Assembly: GCA_951406725.2 (NCBI GenBank)
Contig: OX597836.1
Span: 10,912,001 to 10,976,000, forward strand
Source of the DNA: Octopus vulgaris
Taxonomy: Eukaryota
Length of the DNA stretch: 64,000 nt
Reading direction: 5' to 3'
The translations under genes were made by a program, and so were the position numbers. The notes under the pieces were generated by a model. That model searched no databases, was not told the DNA's origin, and saw only the letters and a list, made by a program, of their open reading frames with translations. Position 1 is the first letter of the stretch, and each line of letters opens with the position of its first letter. Positions 42,366 through 56,419 of this stretch are shown here, piece after piece.

Positions 42366-42932
42366 GTACTACTACTACTACTACTACTACTAATAATAAT
42401 AATAATAATCGATTCATGTTACATATTATTGACCTAAAAGTTATTAACAGAATTAGAATTTTAGACACATCTACAATTACTAGCTAATTAGATACCGATA
42501 GAAGTTATGGTTTACTATAAAAATAGACAGGAATAAATAAACTTATGATCTAGGAATGGCTCTTAAATAGGACTCAGATACATATCGTAGAAAAAAAATA
42601 ACCCGCCTAGAAACACACCAATAAATATATATTTTTTGAAAGCATTGGCTTGATAAGAATCAACGTAGAAATAAGGAATAATAATAGCGAAATAAAATGC
42701 ATTAATTAAATTCAAAGTTGTATATATCGGATGTGGAGCTGATAGGAAAAAATTGATTCTATTCTTCAAAAGGACAGATAATGGTATCGGAAGCAGCTCA
42801 TATACATATTGGTAAGGTCTACTCAGGTATAGCTGCGAATAAATTAGGAGGAACTTCTGGTTCTGTATATAGTGGAAGAGCAATGATTAAAATATAATTG
42901 GAATTTCTATAGAAAAAATCTTTCGCAAAAGG

Positions 42933-43096
42933 GTGCAGGCGTGGATGTGTGGTAAGAATTTTACTTTCCAGCAATACGATTCTGGGTTCAGTCTTAAGCG
43001 TGTCACCTTGGTCAAGTGTGCTTTTTTTTTGTAGCCTCGAACCGACCAAAGCCTTATGAGTGTATTTGTTACACAGAAACTAAAAAGAGCCAGTCC

Positions 43097-43100
<4 letters not shown>
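42933..43100 (+). mobile_element. SINE family A, diverged 5' half
   Basis: gcaggcgtggatgtgtggtaag...gggttcagtc...gaccaaagccttatgagtg. Confidence 0.8.
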
Positions 43101-43145
<45 letters not shown>

Positions 43146-43156
43146 CTACATATATA

Positions 43157-43402
43157 GACCTGCATGGGGTGGATGCAGATGTCTTTAAAATGAAACTGGA
43201 TCTCTTCTTGTCAGGTGTCCTAGATGAACCAACTTCACGGCAGGAGGTGCAGATGAGGGCAGCTGCATCGAACTCTCTCATGCACCAAATGGCATTTGCT
43301 AAAAAGCATTCGTGAAGTAAAATCATGTAGCAACACCAAATGGCGGTGCCCCAGCATGGCCACAGCTTGTGAGCTGAAACTAAATAAAAAAAATAAAAAA
43401 AA
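43157..43402 (+). mobile_element. 5'-truncated LINE (CR1/L2-group) 3' end: ORF2 C-terminus, 3' UTR and A-rich tail
   Basis: DLHGVDADVFKMKLDLFLSGVLDEPTSRQEVQMRAAASNSLMHQ..* (stop 43313-43315) fits the FK..LD..L....DEP.....AASNSL motif of invertebrate CR1-like ORF2; the UTR shares the SINE A tail. Confidence 0.8.
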
Positions 43403-43940
43403 TATATATATATATCTGTATATATATATATATATATATATAATTAATCAATATAGGGTGGAAGATTGCCTTTGGAAGATTGGCTTGATTTAATTTAATC
43501 AGGTTAGTTTACCATTAATCAGCAGATGAAACGGTATATCGTATAAGAAATTACAGGGTAAATGTTTTTTAGATTTTCTCCTTGTTTACGGAATTAATTT
43601 TTATTTGCGGTTGAAGCTTTGGCTGTTATTTCTAGTGGGTGAATGGCCTATTATGGCCGTTCCTTGATTGTTGATATATATATATATATATATAATAATA
43701 ATAAAAGGGTAAAATTAATTAAGCAATCAATTATATTATTAATAATTTTACCGAGAAGTTACTGTGTGGGAGATCTTTATGGTAGTAGAAAAAGCATTTA
43801 GCTCCTATTTCTAAATTCGGTGCGTGGCGAAGTAATTAGCTGACCCCCTGATTATAATTATGCTTATAATTATAGAATATTTGTATATACACACACATAC
43901 ACACACACATACACACACATACACACACATATATATATAT

Positions 43941-43995
<55 letters not shown>

Positions 43996-44088
43996 AATAT
44001 ACATACACTTATATATATATATATATATATTTATATACATATATACATATATATACAAATGTACATATACTTATATATATATACATAC

Positions 44089-44191
<103 letters not shown>

Positions 44192-44483
44192 GCTTGGGGA
44201 AGTTGATAAATTCTTTCTCTTATTATCTATTCCTTTATTATTTGGAGTCATATGATTGGAGAGAAGCTGGGTGTGTGTGTGTGGGGGGGGTAGAGACTTC
44301 CTTCAGGTTACGATTATCCGATCAAATCGTCTCCAGTACTTATTTGAATTCTCGTACCTATTCTATGGGTCTTTTTTTTTACGTGAAACAAAACTCTCGT
44401 TATCTGTAAATGATAAAAATATTTTCTAAGCTTATTATTTACAGAGTTGTCACTCGTCACCACTTCGCAATCCATCGCATATA

Positions 44484-44516
<33 letters not shown>

Positions 44517-44984
44517 GGATATATATATATATAAAGAACATTATTGCTCATGAGAGATAACAATGTTAGTGGCCGCAAGCTTAAAGCCGTATAGGCAAAA
44601 TTAATAAAAATATATATATACATATATATATATGTATGTATAAGAATTATATATAACAAGGGCACTAAAAAGATTCAGCTTTGCTAAGAATAGGAGTGAA
44701 AATTCTTTTGGCTTCGGAGTATTTTTAACTGTAGTTTGAATATCGTTCATGGTGGTATTTACGTTACGACAATTTGGCCTAACGATAACAACTGTCGCCT
44801 CACACTGTCCCCAACAATTTGAATTCTCGTATTTATCCTAGGGATCTCCTTTCGCGTTGAGCTAAGCTTTCGTTCTCCATCCTATAGCCTATCGTCTTCT
44901 GCCTGCTCTCGCTTTCTCCTTTCTCTCAAGCGTTCTTAACATTCTTATTCTGCCAAATGCTCACAGTTCATACTGCCTCAGCTG

Positions 44985-45300
44985 TGTGAAGGCTTAATGC
45001 TTAGGAGTATTCAGTTTACGTTCGTAAGATCGTGAGTTCGATTCCTGGTGGCGTGTTGTGTCCTTGAGCAATATACTTTATTACCAGTTCCTCCAGTCCG
45101 CTCAGCTGTCAAAAGTGAATTGTAGCTGTAATCCAAAGGTCCAGCCTTGTTACACTCTGTTATATTGAATTTCACTGGGATCTAGGTTAAGGGTACGCAT
45201 GTTTGTGGAGTGCTCAGCCACTTGCATATTAATTTCATGAGCCGGCTATCTCGTTGATCGGATCAACTGGAACACTCGTCGTCGATACCGACGGGGTACC
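44985..45300 (+). mobile_element. SINE with D-like head/body and C-type tail, diverged
   Basis: gagttcgattcc..gtgttgtgtccttgagcaa..ctcagctg followed by ttaagggtacgcatgtttgtggagtgctcagccacttgc..cgacgggg. Confidence 0.78.
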
Positions 45301-45857
45301 AGTTTTTTTTAAAACTAATATCTGAGCTACAACTTCTCCCTTCTCTGTTCTCACTCTCGCCAAACATTTGTGCCCTACTTTATTTCTAATTTTCCCTCCC
45401 TATCATCCACTTCCTATAACCTCCACTCTCGTTATAATATTCTCTCTTTCCTTCCACTCGCCTATTACTCATTCCTTCTCTCCTTCCCCATAAGCACTCC
45501 TTCCTTTGCTTTCCCTATTTCCAGTCCCTTTCGGCTCGTCATTAACGTGATGTGTGCGTTATTATTCCGATCTTGACTTTTTTCATTTTCCTTTAATACG
45601 AAAAACTCATGACCAATTTCCTCCGCGTATTACATCGCACAAATTATCTTCACTTTATCTTTAACGTCAAAACCCGTTCATATTTACTTCTATTTTCCAG
45701 ATTGCCTCGTGTTTTTATATTCTGCATTATTTTCAAAACATGTCTCGAATCTATCATTGGGACGAAAATTGATAGTTAATTCCTAGTATTTGATTTGTAT
45801 TTTCTTTTTTTCTCTAACATTCTTGTATTCACATTTCCTGTCTTTAATCCCCTTTAG

Positions 45858-45896
45858 GGTCTCTATGCCCTGGCAACTCGCAGCTGTCGATAAAAT
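45858..45896 (+). other. Candidate 39-nt micro-exon
   Basis: Branch-like ctctaac at ~45812, long pyrimidine tract, TAG acceptor ending at 45857 and GTGAGT donor at 45897; length divisible by 3 with two open frames. Confidence 0.4.
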
Positions 45897-46053
45897 GTGA
45901 GTGAAAACTATGATCGAGTGGTGTCGAAATTATAGTAATATCCGGTCGACAGATAACGAGGGGCTTTAATGTATTAATACCCGTTTGTATGATTTCGATT
46001 TTCTCTGAAATATTTTGCCATTCTTCTGTGCCATGTTTTCCAACATTACACCA

Positions 46054-46274
46054 TGTATGTATGTATGTATGTATGTATGTATGTATGTATGTATGTATGT
46101 ATGTATGTATGTATGTACGTATGTATGTATGTATGTATGTATGTATGTATGTATGTATGTATGTATGTATGTATGTATGTATGTATGTATGTATGTATGT
46201 ATGTATGTATGTATGTATGTATGTATGTATGTATGTATGTGTGTATGTATGTATGTATGTATGTATGTATGTAT
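46054..46274. repeat. (TATG)n tetranucleotide microsatellite
   Basis: Direct reading. Confidence 0.95.
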
Positions 46275-46331
46275 AGACGTAGGAGTGGCTGTGTGGTAAG
46301 ATGTATGCATGTATGTATATATGTATGTATA

Positions 46332-46493
46332 GGCGTAGGAGTAGCTGTGTGAGTAGCTTGCTGACCAACCACATGGTTCCAGGACCAGTCCCACTGCGTG
46401 GCACCTTGGGCAAGTGTCTTCTACTATAGCCTCGGGTCGACAAAAGCCTTCTGAGTGGATTTGGTAGACGGAAACTGAAAGGAGCCCGTCGTA

Positions 46494-46562
<69 letters not shown>

Positions 46563-46730
46563 GTTTGTGTGTCTGCGTTTGCCAAAACATTTGCGGTTCG
46601 GCAAAAGAGACCGATAGAATAAGTACTAGGCTTACAAAGAATAAGTCCTGGGGTACATTTGCTCGACTAAATGCGGTGCTCCAGCATGGCCACAATCACA
46701 TGACTGAAACAAGTAAAAGAGTAAAGAGTA
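46332..46730 (+). mobile_element. SINE family A with a small internal deletion
   Basis: Head through (AGTAAAAG) tail. Confidence 0.9.
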
Positions 46731-46981
46731 CGTATGTACGTATGTATGTATGTATGTATGTATGTATGTATGTATGTATGTATGTATGTATGTGTATGTA
46801 TGCGTGCGTGTGTCTATATATTTATATAGGCGCAGGTGTGACAGTGTGGTAATAATTCTGCTTTCAAGCCACATGGACTCGGGTTCAGTCCCACTGTCAA
46901 ATTCGACAAGTGTCTTCTACTATAGCCTCGAGCTGGCCAAAGACTTGTGAACGGATTTGGATTTTTATCTCATTCTGTTAA

Positions 46982-47081
<100 letters not shown>

Positions 47082-47086
47082 ATATG

Positions 47087-47120
<34 letters not shown>

Positions 47121-47370
47121 TGTATATATATGTATATATATGTATATATATATATGTATATATATATATATGTATATATATATGTATATATATGTATATG
47201 AATATATATATATGGATATATATGAATATATATATATGGATATATATATGTATATATATATGTATATGTATGTATATATATATATGTATATATATATATA
47301 CACGTGTGTGTGTGCGTATGCATGTATGTATTTATGTATGTACGTGTGTATGTGTGTATATATATGTATG

Positions 47371-47401
<31 letters not shown>

Positions 47402-47474
47402 ATATGCATGTATGTATTTATGTATGTATGTGTATATGTGTATATATATGTATGCATGTATGTATGTATGTATG

Positions 47475-47510
<36 letters not shown>

Positions 47511-47677
47511 CGTGTGTGTGTGTATTTGTGTGTATGTAACTATGTATGTGCCTTTGTGAATGTCCATCACCAACGCCGGACGACGGCGTTGGTTTGTTTA
47601 CGCCACCGTAAATTAGCGGCTCAGCAAAAGACACCGATAGAATAGGTACCAGGCTTTAAAAAAAAACAAAACAAAAC

Positions 47678-48085
47678 AGTGGCTGTGTGGTAAGTAGCTT
47701 GTTTTCCAACCGCATGGTTCCAGGTTCAGTCTCACTGCATGGCACCTTGGGCAAGTGTCTTCTACTATAGCCTCGGGCCGACCAAAGCCTTGTGAGTGGA
47801 TTTGGTAGACGGAAACTTAAAGAAGCCCGTCGTATATATGTATATATATATGTGTGTGTGTTTGTGAGTCTGTGTTTATTCCCCTAGCATTGCTTGACAA
47901 CCGATGCTGGTGTGTTTATGTCCCCGTTACTTAGCGGTTCGGCAAAAGAGACCGATAGAATAAGTACTGGGCTTACAAAAGAATAAGTCCCGGGGTCGAG
48001 TTGCTCGAGTAAAGGCGGTGCTCCAGCATGGCCGCAGTCAAATGACTGAAACAAGTAAAAGAGTAAAAAAGAGTAAAAGAGTAAA
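47678..48085 (+). mobile_element. SINE family A, full length, nested in the tail of an older A-like copy (46829-48195)
   Basis: The older copy's gaataggtaccaggctttaaaa precedes it and its gtcgattcatttga..gcggtgccgcagcatggccgcagtc follows it. Confidence 0.88.
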
Positions 48086-48314
48086 ACAATCCTAATGTCG
48101 ATTCATTTGAGCAAAACAATTTCTGTGATGCGGTGCCGCAGCATGGCCGCAGTCAACTGACTGAAGTGCCAGTAAAGAGATAAAGCATAAAAGAGATCTT
48201 TATAGAGGGAAAGCGATAATACATCAGGATAATAGATCGAGTGATGAATAACAGAATAGTGTTTAAAACAAGCGAAAGATAACGTGTAAAAGTGTGTGTG
48301 TGTGCATGTGTGTA

Positions 48315-48357
<43 letters not shown>

Positions 48358-48360
<3 letters not shown>

Positions 48361-48670
48361 GCTGTTTCTCTGTGTATGCTTGGCCGTGTGTGTCTAGATA
48401 TATATATGTGTGTGTGTGTGTGTGGAGCTGTTTCTTTGTGTATGCTTGGCCGTGTGTGTCTAGATATATATATGTGTGTGTGTGTGGAGCTGTTTCTCTG
48501 TGTATGTTTGGCCGTGTGTGTGTAGATATATATATGTGTGTGTGCGCGCGCGCGTGTGTGTGTGTGAAGCTGTTTCTCTGTGTATGCTTGACCATGTGTG
48601 TGTAGATATATATATATGTGTGTGTGTGTGTGTGAAGCTGTTTCTCTGTGTATGCTTGGCCATGTGTGTG
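48358..48670. repeat. Composite minisatellite, 5 units of ~62-80 bp
   Basis: Constant agctgtttctctgtgtatgcttggccgtgtg plus variable (TA)n(TG)n, at ~48360, 48427, 48488, 48568 and 48636. Confidence 0.92.
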
Positions 48671-48689
48671 TATGTATATGTGTGTGCGC

Positions 48690-48729
<40 letters not shown>

Positions 48730-49115
48730 AGTAAGAGATAATTTTGATGAAAGTAAAAGAAGATAAGATAGAACGAGAGAGAATTTTGACAGTCGATATC
48801 AGGGAAGCCATCAGCGGAGGATCAAGCGCAAAAATCAATGTGATCGATGTTTGGTAGCTAATTAGATGGAAGATCAATAATTGGGGTTTTTTTTTTTCGA
48901 CGTGTCTGACCAGTCCTTGTGGCATAAAAAAAAAATCCTTGACAACAACAATAAGAATGTTTATTGTACACAAGAACTGATACGAACAACAACTACAACA
49001 ACAGCAACAAGTGTTGACGGAAAACATCAAAGAACAGCGGCTACAAAATAGCACACACGCACACCCATCCACCAACAAGCATATATCTATATTATACTCA
49101 CAGACATATATAGGC

Positions 49116-49238
<123 letters not shown>

Positions 49239-49377
49239 TATATATATGCATGTATATATGTGTATATTTAAAAATGTAGAGGTAACACACGAGTACACGA
49301 ATAAGTAGATATGTGTATATATATTATATATATATATATGTATATGTATACATATGTGTGTGTGTGAGTTTGTGTTC

Positions 49378-49430
<53 letters not shown>

Positions 49431-49613
49431 CACTCATACAGAAACAGACACGTACACTCACGCATAGATACACATGCATCCCGAAACACACTTACACACA
49501 TAGACACACGATATCGTTTCCAACAATAATGATTTCGCTTCACAAGCATTAACCCTATCACCTTCACCACCACCACCACCACCACCACCAAAACCACCAA
49601 AACCACCACCACC

Positions 49614-49647
<34 letters not shown>

Positions 49648-50185
49648 TCATCAAGACATTCTCCACTAATAGTACTATAACCAAACACTATTATGATCAC
49701 CAGCACAAACACCACTACACACACTAACGCTAAAACTATCACCACCACCACTGCCGTAACCGCCGCCGCCGTCTCTGTCGCCATCGCCGCCGCCGCCGCC
49801 GCCGCCGCCAGTACCATCAGCAAAACTGCAGCGCGACTACTACCTACCACCACCTTTGCTACCATCATTTTTAATACCACACCCAACACTACCGCCACCA
49901 CTAGAATCACCACCACCACCACCACTACCACTACCGTCCGACTACCACCGCTGCCAGCATCCATACCAAAGACGTACGACAGCCACCAGTACCCCTACCA
50001 CAACCATAGTCTCTCTACCACCACCTACACCACTAATGCTACCACCTCTAAAACCTCAACCCCCACCACCACCTTCTACACTAGATACGACCAAAGCTAA
50101 ATTGTCACTTTATCCAATCATGTAACAACAACAGCAACAACAACAACAACAACAACAACAACGTTTTCAACAACAACAATAATGG

Positions 50186-50330
50186 TTTCTTCTTGAAGCA
50201 AAAGTTCAACAAACGCGTCAAGAAGGAAATTTATGTCGATGTAATGCAAGACCGATTGGTTTCTGTTTTTATAGATTCCTTGCACTGGATTGAGATGATT
50301 CTCGCAGATAAGCGGGCAGTGTTTGAGTTC
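50186..50330 (+). pseudogene. Possible second, more decayed DD37D/maT transposase fragment
   Basis: FFLKQK..RVKKEIYVDVMQD...WIEMILADKRAVF resembles the segment preceding the second catalytic Asp (compare AYIKYLEEVVLPWVNSVAGGRPYVW at ~15250). Confidence 0.45.
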
Positions 50331-50611
50331 AGAACTTTGAGAGGAAACCGAACGCCGAGGTACCATCGTTTCTGCCATTATAAAAATTCAATAGAGAAAA
50401 TAATTTTGAATTTTGAATTTTGATACGAGGTTAGTAGTTTTGGGGCTGGGTTGAATCGATTAAATCTGCTCCAATGCTCAACTGATATTTATTTAGACGA
50501 CTTCGAAAAGGATAAAAGGCAAATTCGAACCCGGCGGAATTTGAGCTCAGAGCTTAAAGATGGACGAAATAGCTATTTCTTTACTACCCAATAATACTTA
50601 ATAATTACTAC

Positions 50612-50646
<35 letters not shown>

Positions 50647-51083
50647 GATAATGATGATGATGATGATGATGATGACGATGTTTTCGAATTATGGTGCAAG
50701 GTCAGCAATTTCAAGGGTGTGGGGTTAACTCGGTTACATCGACCTCAATTCCCAAATTGTACGCATCTTATCCACCCGGAAAAGAGGAAAAGCCGAAGTT
50801 GACTTCATCGGAATTTGAACTCAAAACGTGAGGACAGATGAAATGCCGCTTGTAGTAGTAGTAGTAGTAGTAGTAATGATTTTTTTTTTATTATTTAACA
50901 ACAATATCAAAAAAGTCGTATGAAGGATAAAACCCTTTAGTTTACACGGATAATCGATACGTAACTATGAAAGACTTCGATTTTCGACGGGGATTAAAGA
51001 CCGAACGGAAATGGTTGTCATTTCATAAAAAATAAAACGACTTCACTGCGTTCAATCAATTCATTGATATCGGAAACATACAT

Positions 51084-51132
<49 letters not shown>

Positions 51133-51147
51133 GTGTGTTTGGGCGCC

Positions 51148-51252
<105 letters not shown>

Positions 51253-51462
51253 GTATATATACTCATATATATAAATATATACATTCGTGTGTGTGTATAT
51301 AAATATATATATATATATATACACGCAAACCCTAATATATATATATGTATATATACATACCTAGAAATACGCACACCCACACCCACACGCATATATATAT
51401 ACACATATATATATATACATATGATTATATATATACATATATATATATATAAATAAATATAA

Positions 51463-51549
<87 letters not shown>

Positions 51550-51904
51550 CACATATGTACATAGACAGACAGAGAGAAGAGGGAAGAAAGGTAGGGCAGC
51601 GGTGTTTAGCGTCTAATTATAAAACTAAATCACGGAAATATACGGAAAATATTTCCTCGGGGGAAAGCATTTAGCAAAGAACACTCTGCGTAAAACAATT
51701 AGACGTCGCAAGTACGTAACCGATTTCTCGATTTTTCCCAAGCTTGCTTTCCAGTATCCATCGTCTGTATATAATCAATACACTTCATTTACGCTCCATG
51801 GTTCTTTTGCTGACACTAGTAGCTTTCTTCTATCCTTTACTTGCTTCAGTCATTTGACTGTAGTCATGGCGGTACATCGACTTACAAGGTTTTCAAGACA
51901 TGTT

Positions 51905-52155
51905 ATTTTACTCTTTTACTTGTTACAGTCATTTGACTGTGGCCATGGTGGAGCACCGCCTTTAGTCGTGTAAATAGCCCCCAGGACTTAGTCTTTGTAA
52001 GCCTAGTACTTATTATATCAGTCTCTCTTGCCGAACCGCTAAGTCACTGGCATGTAAACACTCCAGCATCGGTTGTTAAGCAATGTTGGGGGACAAACAT
52101 AGATACACAAATATATACAGACACACACACAGACACACACACATACACACACACG

Positions 52156-52199
<44 letters not shown>

Positions 52200-52368
52200 T
52201 ATATATATATACGATGGGCTTCTTTCAGTTTCCTTCTACCAAATCCACTCGCAAGGCTTTGGTCGGCCTGAGGCTTTAGAAGAAGACACATGCCCAAGGT
52301 GCCACGCAGTGGGACTTAACCAGGAACCATGTGGCTGGTAAGCAAGCTACTTACGACACAGCCACTCC
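51905..52368 (-). mobile_element. SINE family A, full length
   Basis: Tail, body, (CA)n tract and head all present. Confidence 0.92.
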
Positions 52369-53407
52369 ATATATGTAATTCTGTGTATATGTGTGTGTAT
52401 GTGAACATGCACTCATCTATATATTTATAAGCATACGTGTGTGCATGTTTAGAATCATACACATAGGCACTCACACTCAGACTCGTACACACACACATAC
52501 ATAGCGTGAGTTGTTTGAAAGCCATGTTTCTCACTTGCATAATGTGTTTCTTCAAAATGTTTACATTTAAAAAAAAATACCTCTGATCTAGTATTTAAAT
52601 AAGACCTTGTTTCTGTAGTTATTTTTAGGGAGCTTTCTCTGCTTTCAGATGAGAGTTTTACTCGCGATTTGGTAAGATTTGTATATTTTCAAGATATTTC
52701 CATTCCTACAGTTACTGGAAGCCATTTAAAAACTTTTCCGATGCATTCGACAAAAAAATTTGTTCTGTTATCTTCTTCCTGAACAGAATTCAAAGCTGTT
52801 TTAACTTTAAATATTAAAAGTTTCCACGTATTATAATGTATAGATGTTATAATTTCATTGACAGGAAGTTAATCTACCCTACAAAATGTGGTGGTAGCAT
52901 TAATTGTTCGACATAACGATCTCTGATTAATATAGAATGACTTATGTACAATAGGCAAACCACGCCATAAACAAGATCTTATTTGCACATCAGCTTAGAG
53001 AGATTAGGGACTTTCGTGAAATACAAACACTTTGAAAATGATACTTCGTGTCATCAGTAACTACCGCCGTCAGTCGACAAAAATCACAGATATTCATAGA
53101 AATTGCCTCAGTGCAGATAAATCTGCACTTGTCCCTTTCCAATTTCTCTAATTCACCTGCTCTGTTTTTCTGTATTCCTTCCTACTCCCATTTTAACCTT
53201 ACCCGAGCGCTATTATATCTTCTCGTCGGGGGATGCTAAATTCCCCTAATCTCAGCTTATGAATTATACGTTTTCCCCCTTTGTTTCACAGTAACAGGAA
53301 TATTACAATTACACGGAAATATCTCACATCGCAGGAGGGCGTAATTTTCATGTTGACAGTAACGGAAGTTTGAAAAATATCTTTTCCAAATATTCCTGTG
53401 GATGGAA

Positions 53408-53786
53408 GCACTCCGTCGGTTACGACGATGAGGGTTCCAGTTGATCCGAATCAACGGAACAGCCTGCTCGTGAAATTAACGTGCAAGTGGCTGAGCACTC
53501 CACAGACACGTGTACCCTTAACGTAGTTCTCGAGGATATTCAGCGTGACACAGCGAGTGACAAAGCCGGCCCTTTGAAATACACGTACAACAGAAACAGG
53601 AAGTAAGAGTGAGAGAAAGTTGTGGTGAAAGAGTACAGCAGGGATCACCACCATCCCTGCCGGAGCCTCGTGGAGCTTTAGGTGTTTTCGCTCAATAAAC
53701 ACTCACAACGCCCGGTCTGGGAATCGAAACCGTGATCCTACGACCGCAAGTCCGCTGCCCTAACCACTGGGCCATTGCGCCTCCAC
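53408..53786 (-). mobile_element. SINE family C, full length
   Basis: tRNA head tggcccagtggttagggcagcgg...ggtttcgattccc; near-identical to 58362-58707. Confidence 0.92.
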
Positions 53787-54712
53787 ATTTTTCTGTAACA
53801 TGTATAAAGATAAGCTGTATCTGAAGATCGAAACTGTGAAACCAATATCAAACCCATTCAAGTCAAGTCCCATTGCTTGATAAATCCAATATATTCCTCT
53901 ACATCTTTGTATCAAGTGTTCTATATATTTTCTGGTACTTTCGATATTATTTAACAAGCACAAATGATACGATATGTACACAACTTTCTACGTTACACTC
54001 ACTCGCTCTTTGCCGTGAAATCGTTCTAAAGATTTATAATATATTGATACGAAACGATTAGCGTTGAAGAACCTCCCGTTTCAACGAGAATCAAAACAAA
54101 CACGTAGTATTATATGTTAAGACTTCGTTCCAACGATTTGGGATATATAGATACATCACACATCTTATATGCTAAGATATCCTTCCAACGATTTGAGATA
54201 TAGTTAAGCGTTCTCAACTATAGATTTGTACCAATTCACTGGCCAGCAAAAAGAAAAAGAAGTAAAAACACAGCAAAAATCCGTTGTGATTCCATTGGAT
54301 AAATTCTACCTCAGGATATTAATGTAGAAAACTGAGGCTAGAAAGTGGCTATTTTCGTGTCTTTTGAGAGAATTGACACATTCTTATACAATTATTGTGT
54401 TAAATCACGAAACTTCCTTACCGAAAATTAAAGGTTCTAGAATAATTCCAATCCGATTTCCAAGATCTAATGACAAAACTTAAATTCTTTAGATAAAACT
54501 ACGTAGTTTCCGTCGCTACACTGCCAGTAACAATGTTTGTTAACAATGCACGTAACTTCATAAATTATTCAAAGTGAAAGTTGGCGTTGTATAAATATAT
54601 ATAATAGAAGGATAAAATTTATTAATTGAATTAATTAATTAATTAATCAATTAACAATTTCACCAAGTAGATCGGTACCTTAAAATTACCTTTATAGGTA
54701 AAATTATCCACA

Positions 54713-54837
54713 TAATTATAATTAGGGTTTAGCTAACTGCTTCACCAATACCGAAGTTAGAAATAGGGGTCAAAATAGCAGGAAAGGAATTTTTTCTAAT
54801 TTCGGTATTGGTGAATCAGTTAGCTGGGCCCTAATTA

Positions 54838-54843
<6 letters not shown>
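54713..54843. repeat. 51-bp inverted repeat (hairpin) within a repeat also present at ~43695-43865
   Basis: Arms 54713-54763 and 54793-54843 have 46/51 Watson-Crick matches. Confidence 0.9.
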
Positions 54844-54897
<54 letters not shown>

Positions 54898-54908
54898 TAT
54901 AGATAGAT

Positions 54909-55413
<505 letters not shown>

Positions 55414-55610
55414 GTTGATGTGCACATATGTAAGGTTAGTCTTTATCAGTCACGTTACAGTATTTGTTCCTCGCAGCATTTGCACCGATTGAACTCTTCT
55501 GGGAACCCTACAGTGAAGGTAAATGTATTTCTCTGCTCTGATCTCCGTACACTTTTAATGCTGCAGCAGTGTACTGTTCATATTTTCACTTTCGCTCCTC
55601 GCTTCACCAT

Positions 55611-55700
<90 letters not shown>

Positions 55701-56019
55701 GTATATATTTATATTAATATGCGTATGTGCGTGTGTGAGTGTATGTATATTAGGTAAACTCTCATATCCATGTAATTAAATAAAAATGTACGCCACTTTG
55801 ATATTGGCTCCGTGCATGTTCTTTGTTCTGTTGAGGCATCAATGGAGTTTATGGTGAGATGAAGATCAATTGTGATTTCCTTCTCTTCACTCTTTGATAC
55901 AACACTCTCAGTGGAAGCCGTCCTTCCCAACAAAGGCTGCTAGTAGCTTTAATTGTTCTGCACAACGTTATCATATATATGTATATATACATATATGTAT
56001 GTATATATATGTATGTATT

Positions 56020-56089
<70 letters not shown>

Positions 56090-56106
56090 TATATGTATAT
56101 ATATTA

Positions 56107-56148
<42 letters not shown>

Positions 56149-56419
56149 ATATTATATATATATATGTATGCGCGTGTGTACAATCAATGGGGATCGATTT
56201 TACCATTTGGGTTGTAACATTACAATGATTACGGTAATGGAAGCAATTATTATTATTATTATTATTATTAGTATTAGTATTATTATTATCATCATTGTTG
56301 TTGTTGATGTTGTTGTTGTTATTGTTGTTGCTGTTGATGTCGTTGGTGGAAGTGGTGTTGATGGCGGCATCGGCGGCGGTGGTGGTGGTGGTGGTTGTGT
56401 AGCTATTCTGTATTGTCAT

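Noticed and set aside
45844-46050. RPDITII on the minus strand resembling a REL endonuclease motif
   Set aside because: Only a short motif; the surrounding residues and downstream D..P/K..KY pattern are unconvincing.
48358-48670. Repeat-spacer pattern resembling CRISPR
   Set aside because: The spacers are microsatellites, not unique sequences.
49560-50100. Thr/Ala-rich mucin-like ORF
   Set aside because: Degenerate (ACC)/(GCC) trinucleotide tract, open on both strands; similar tracts at ~6030 and ~56360.
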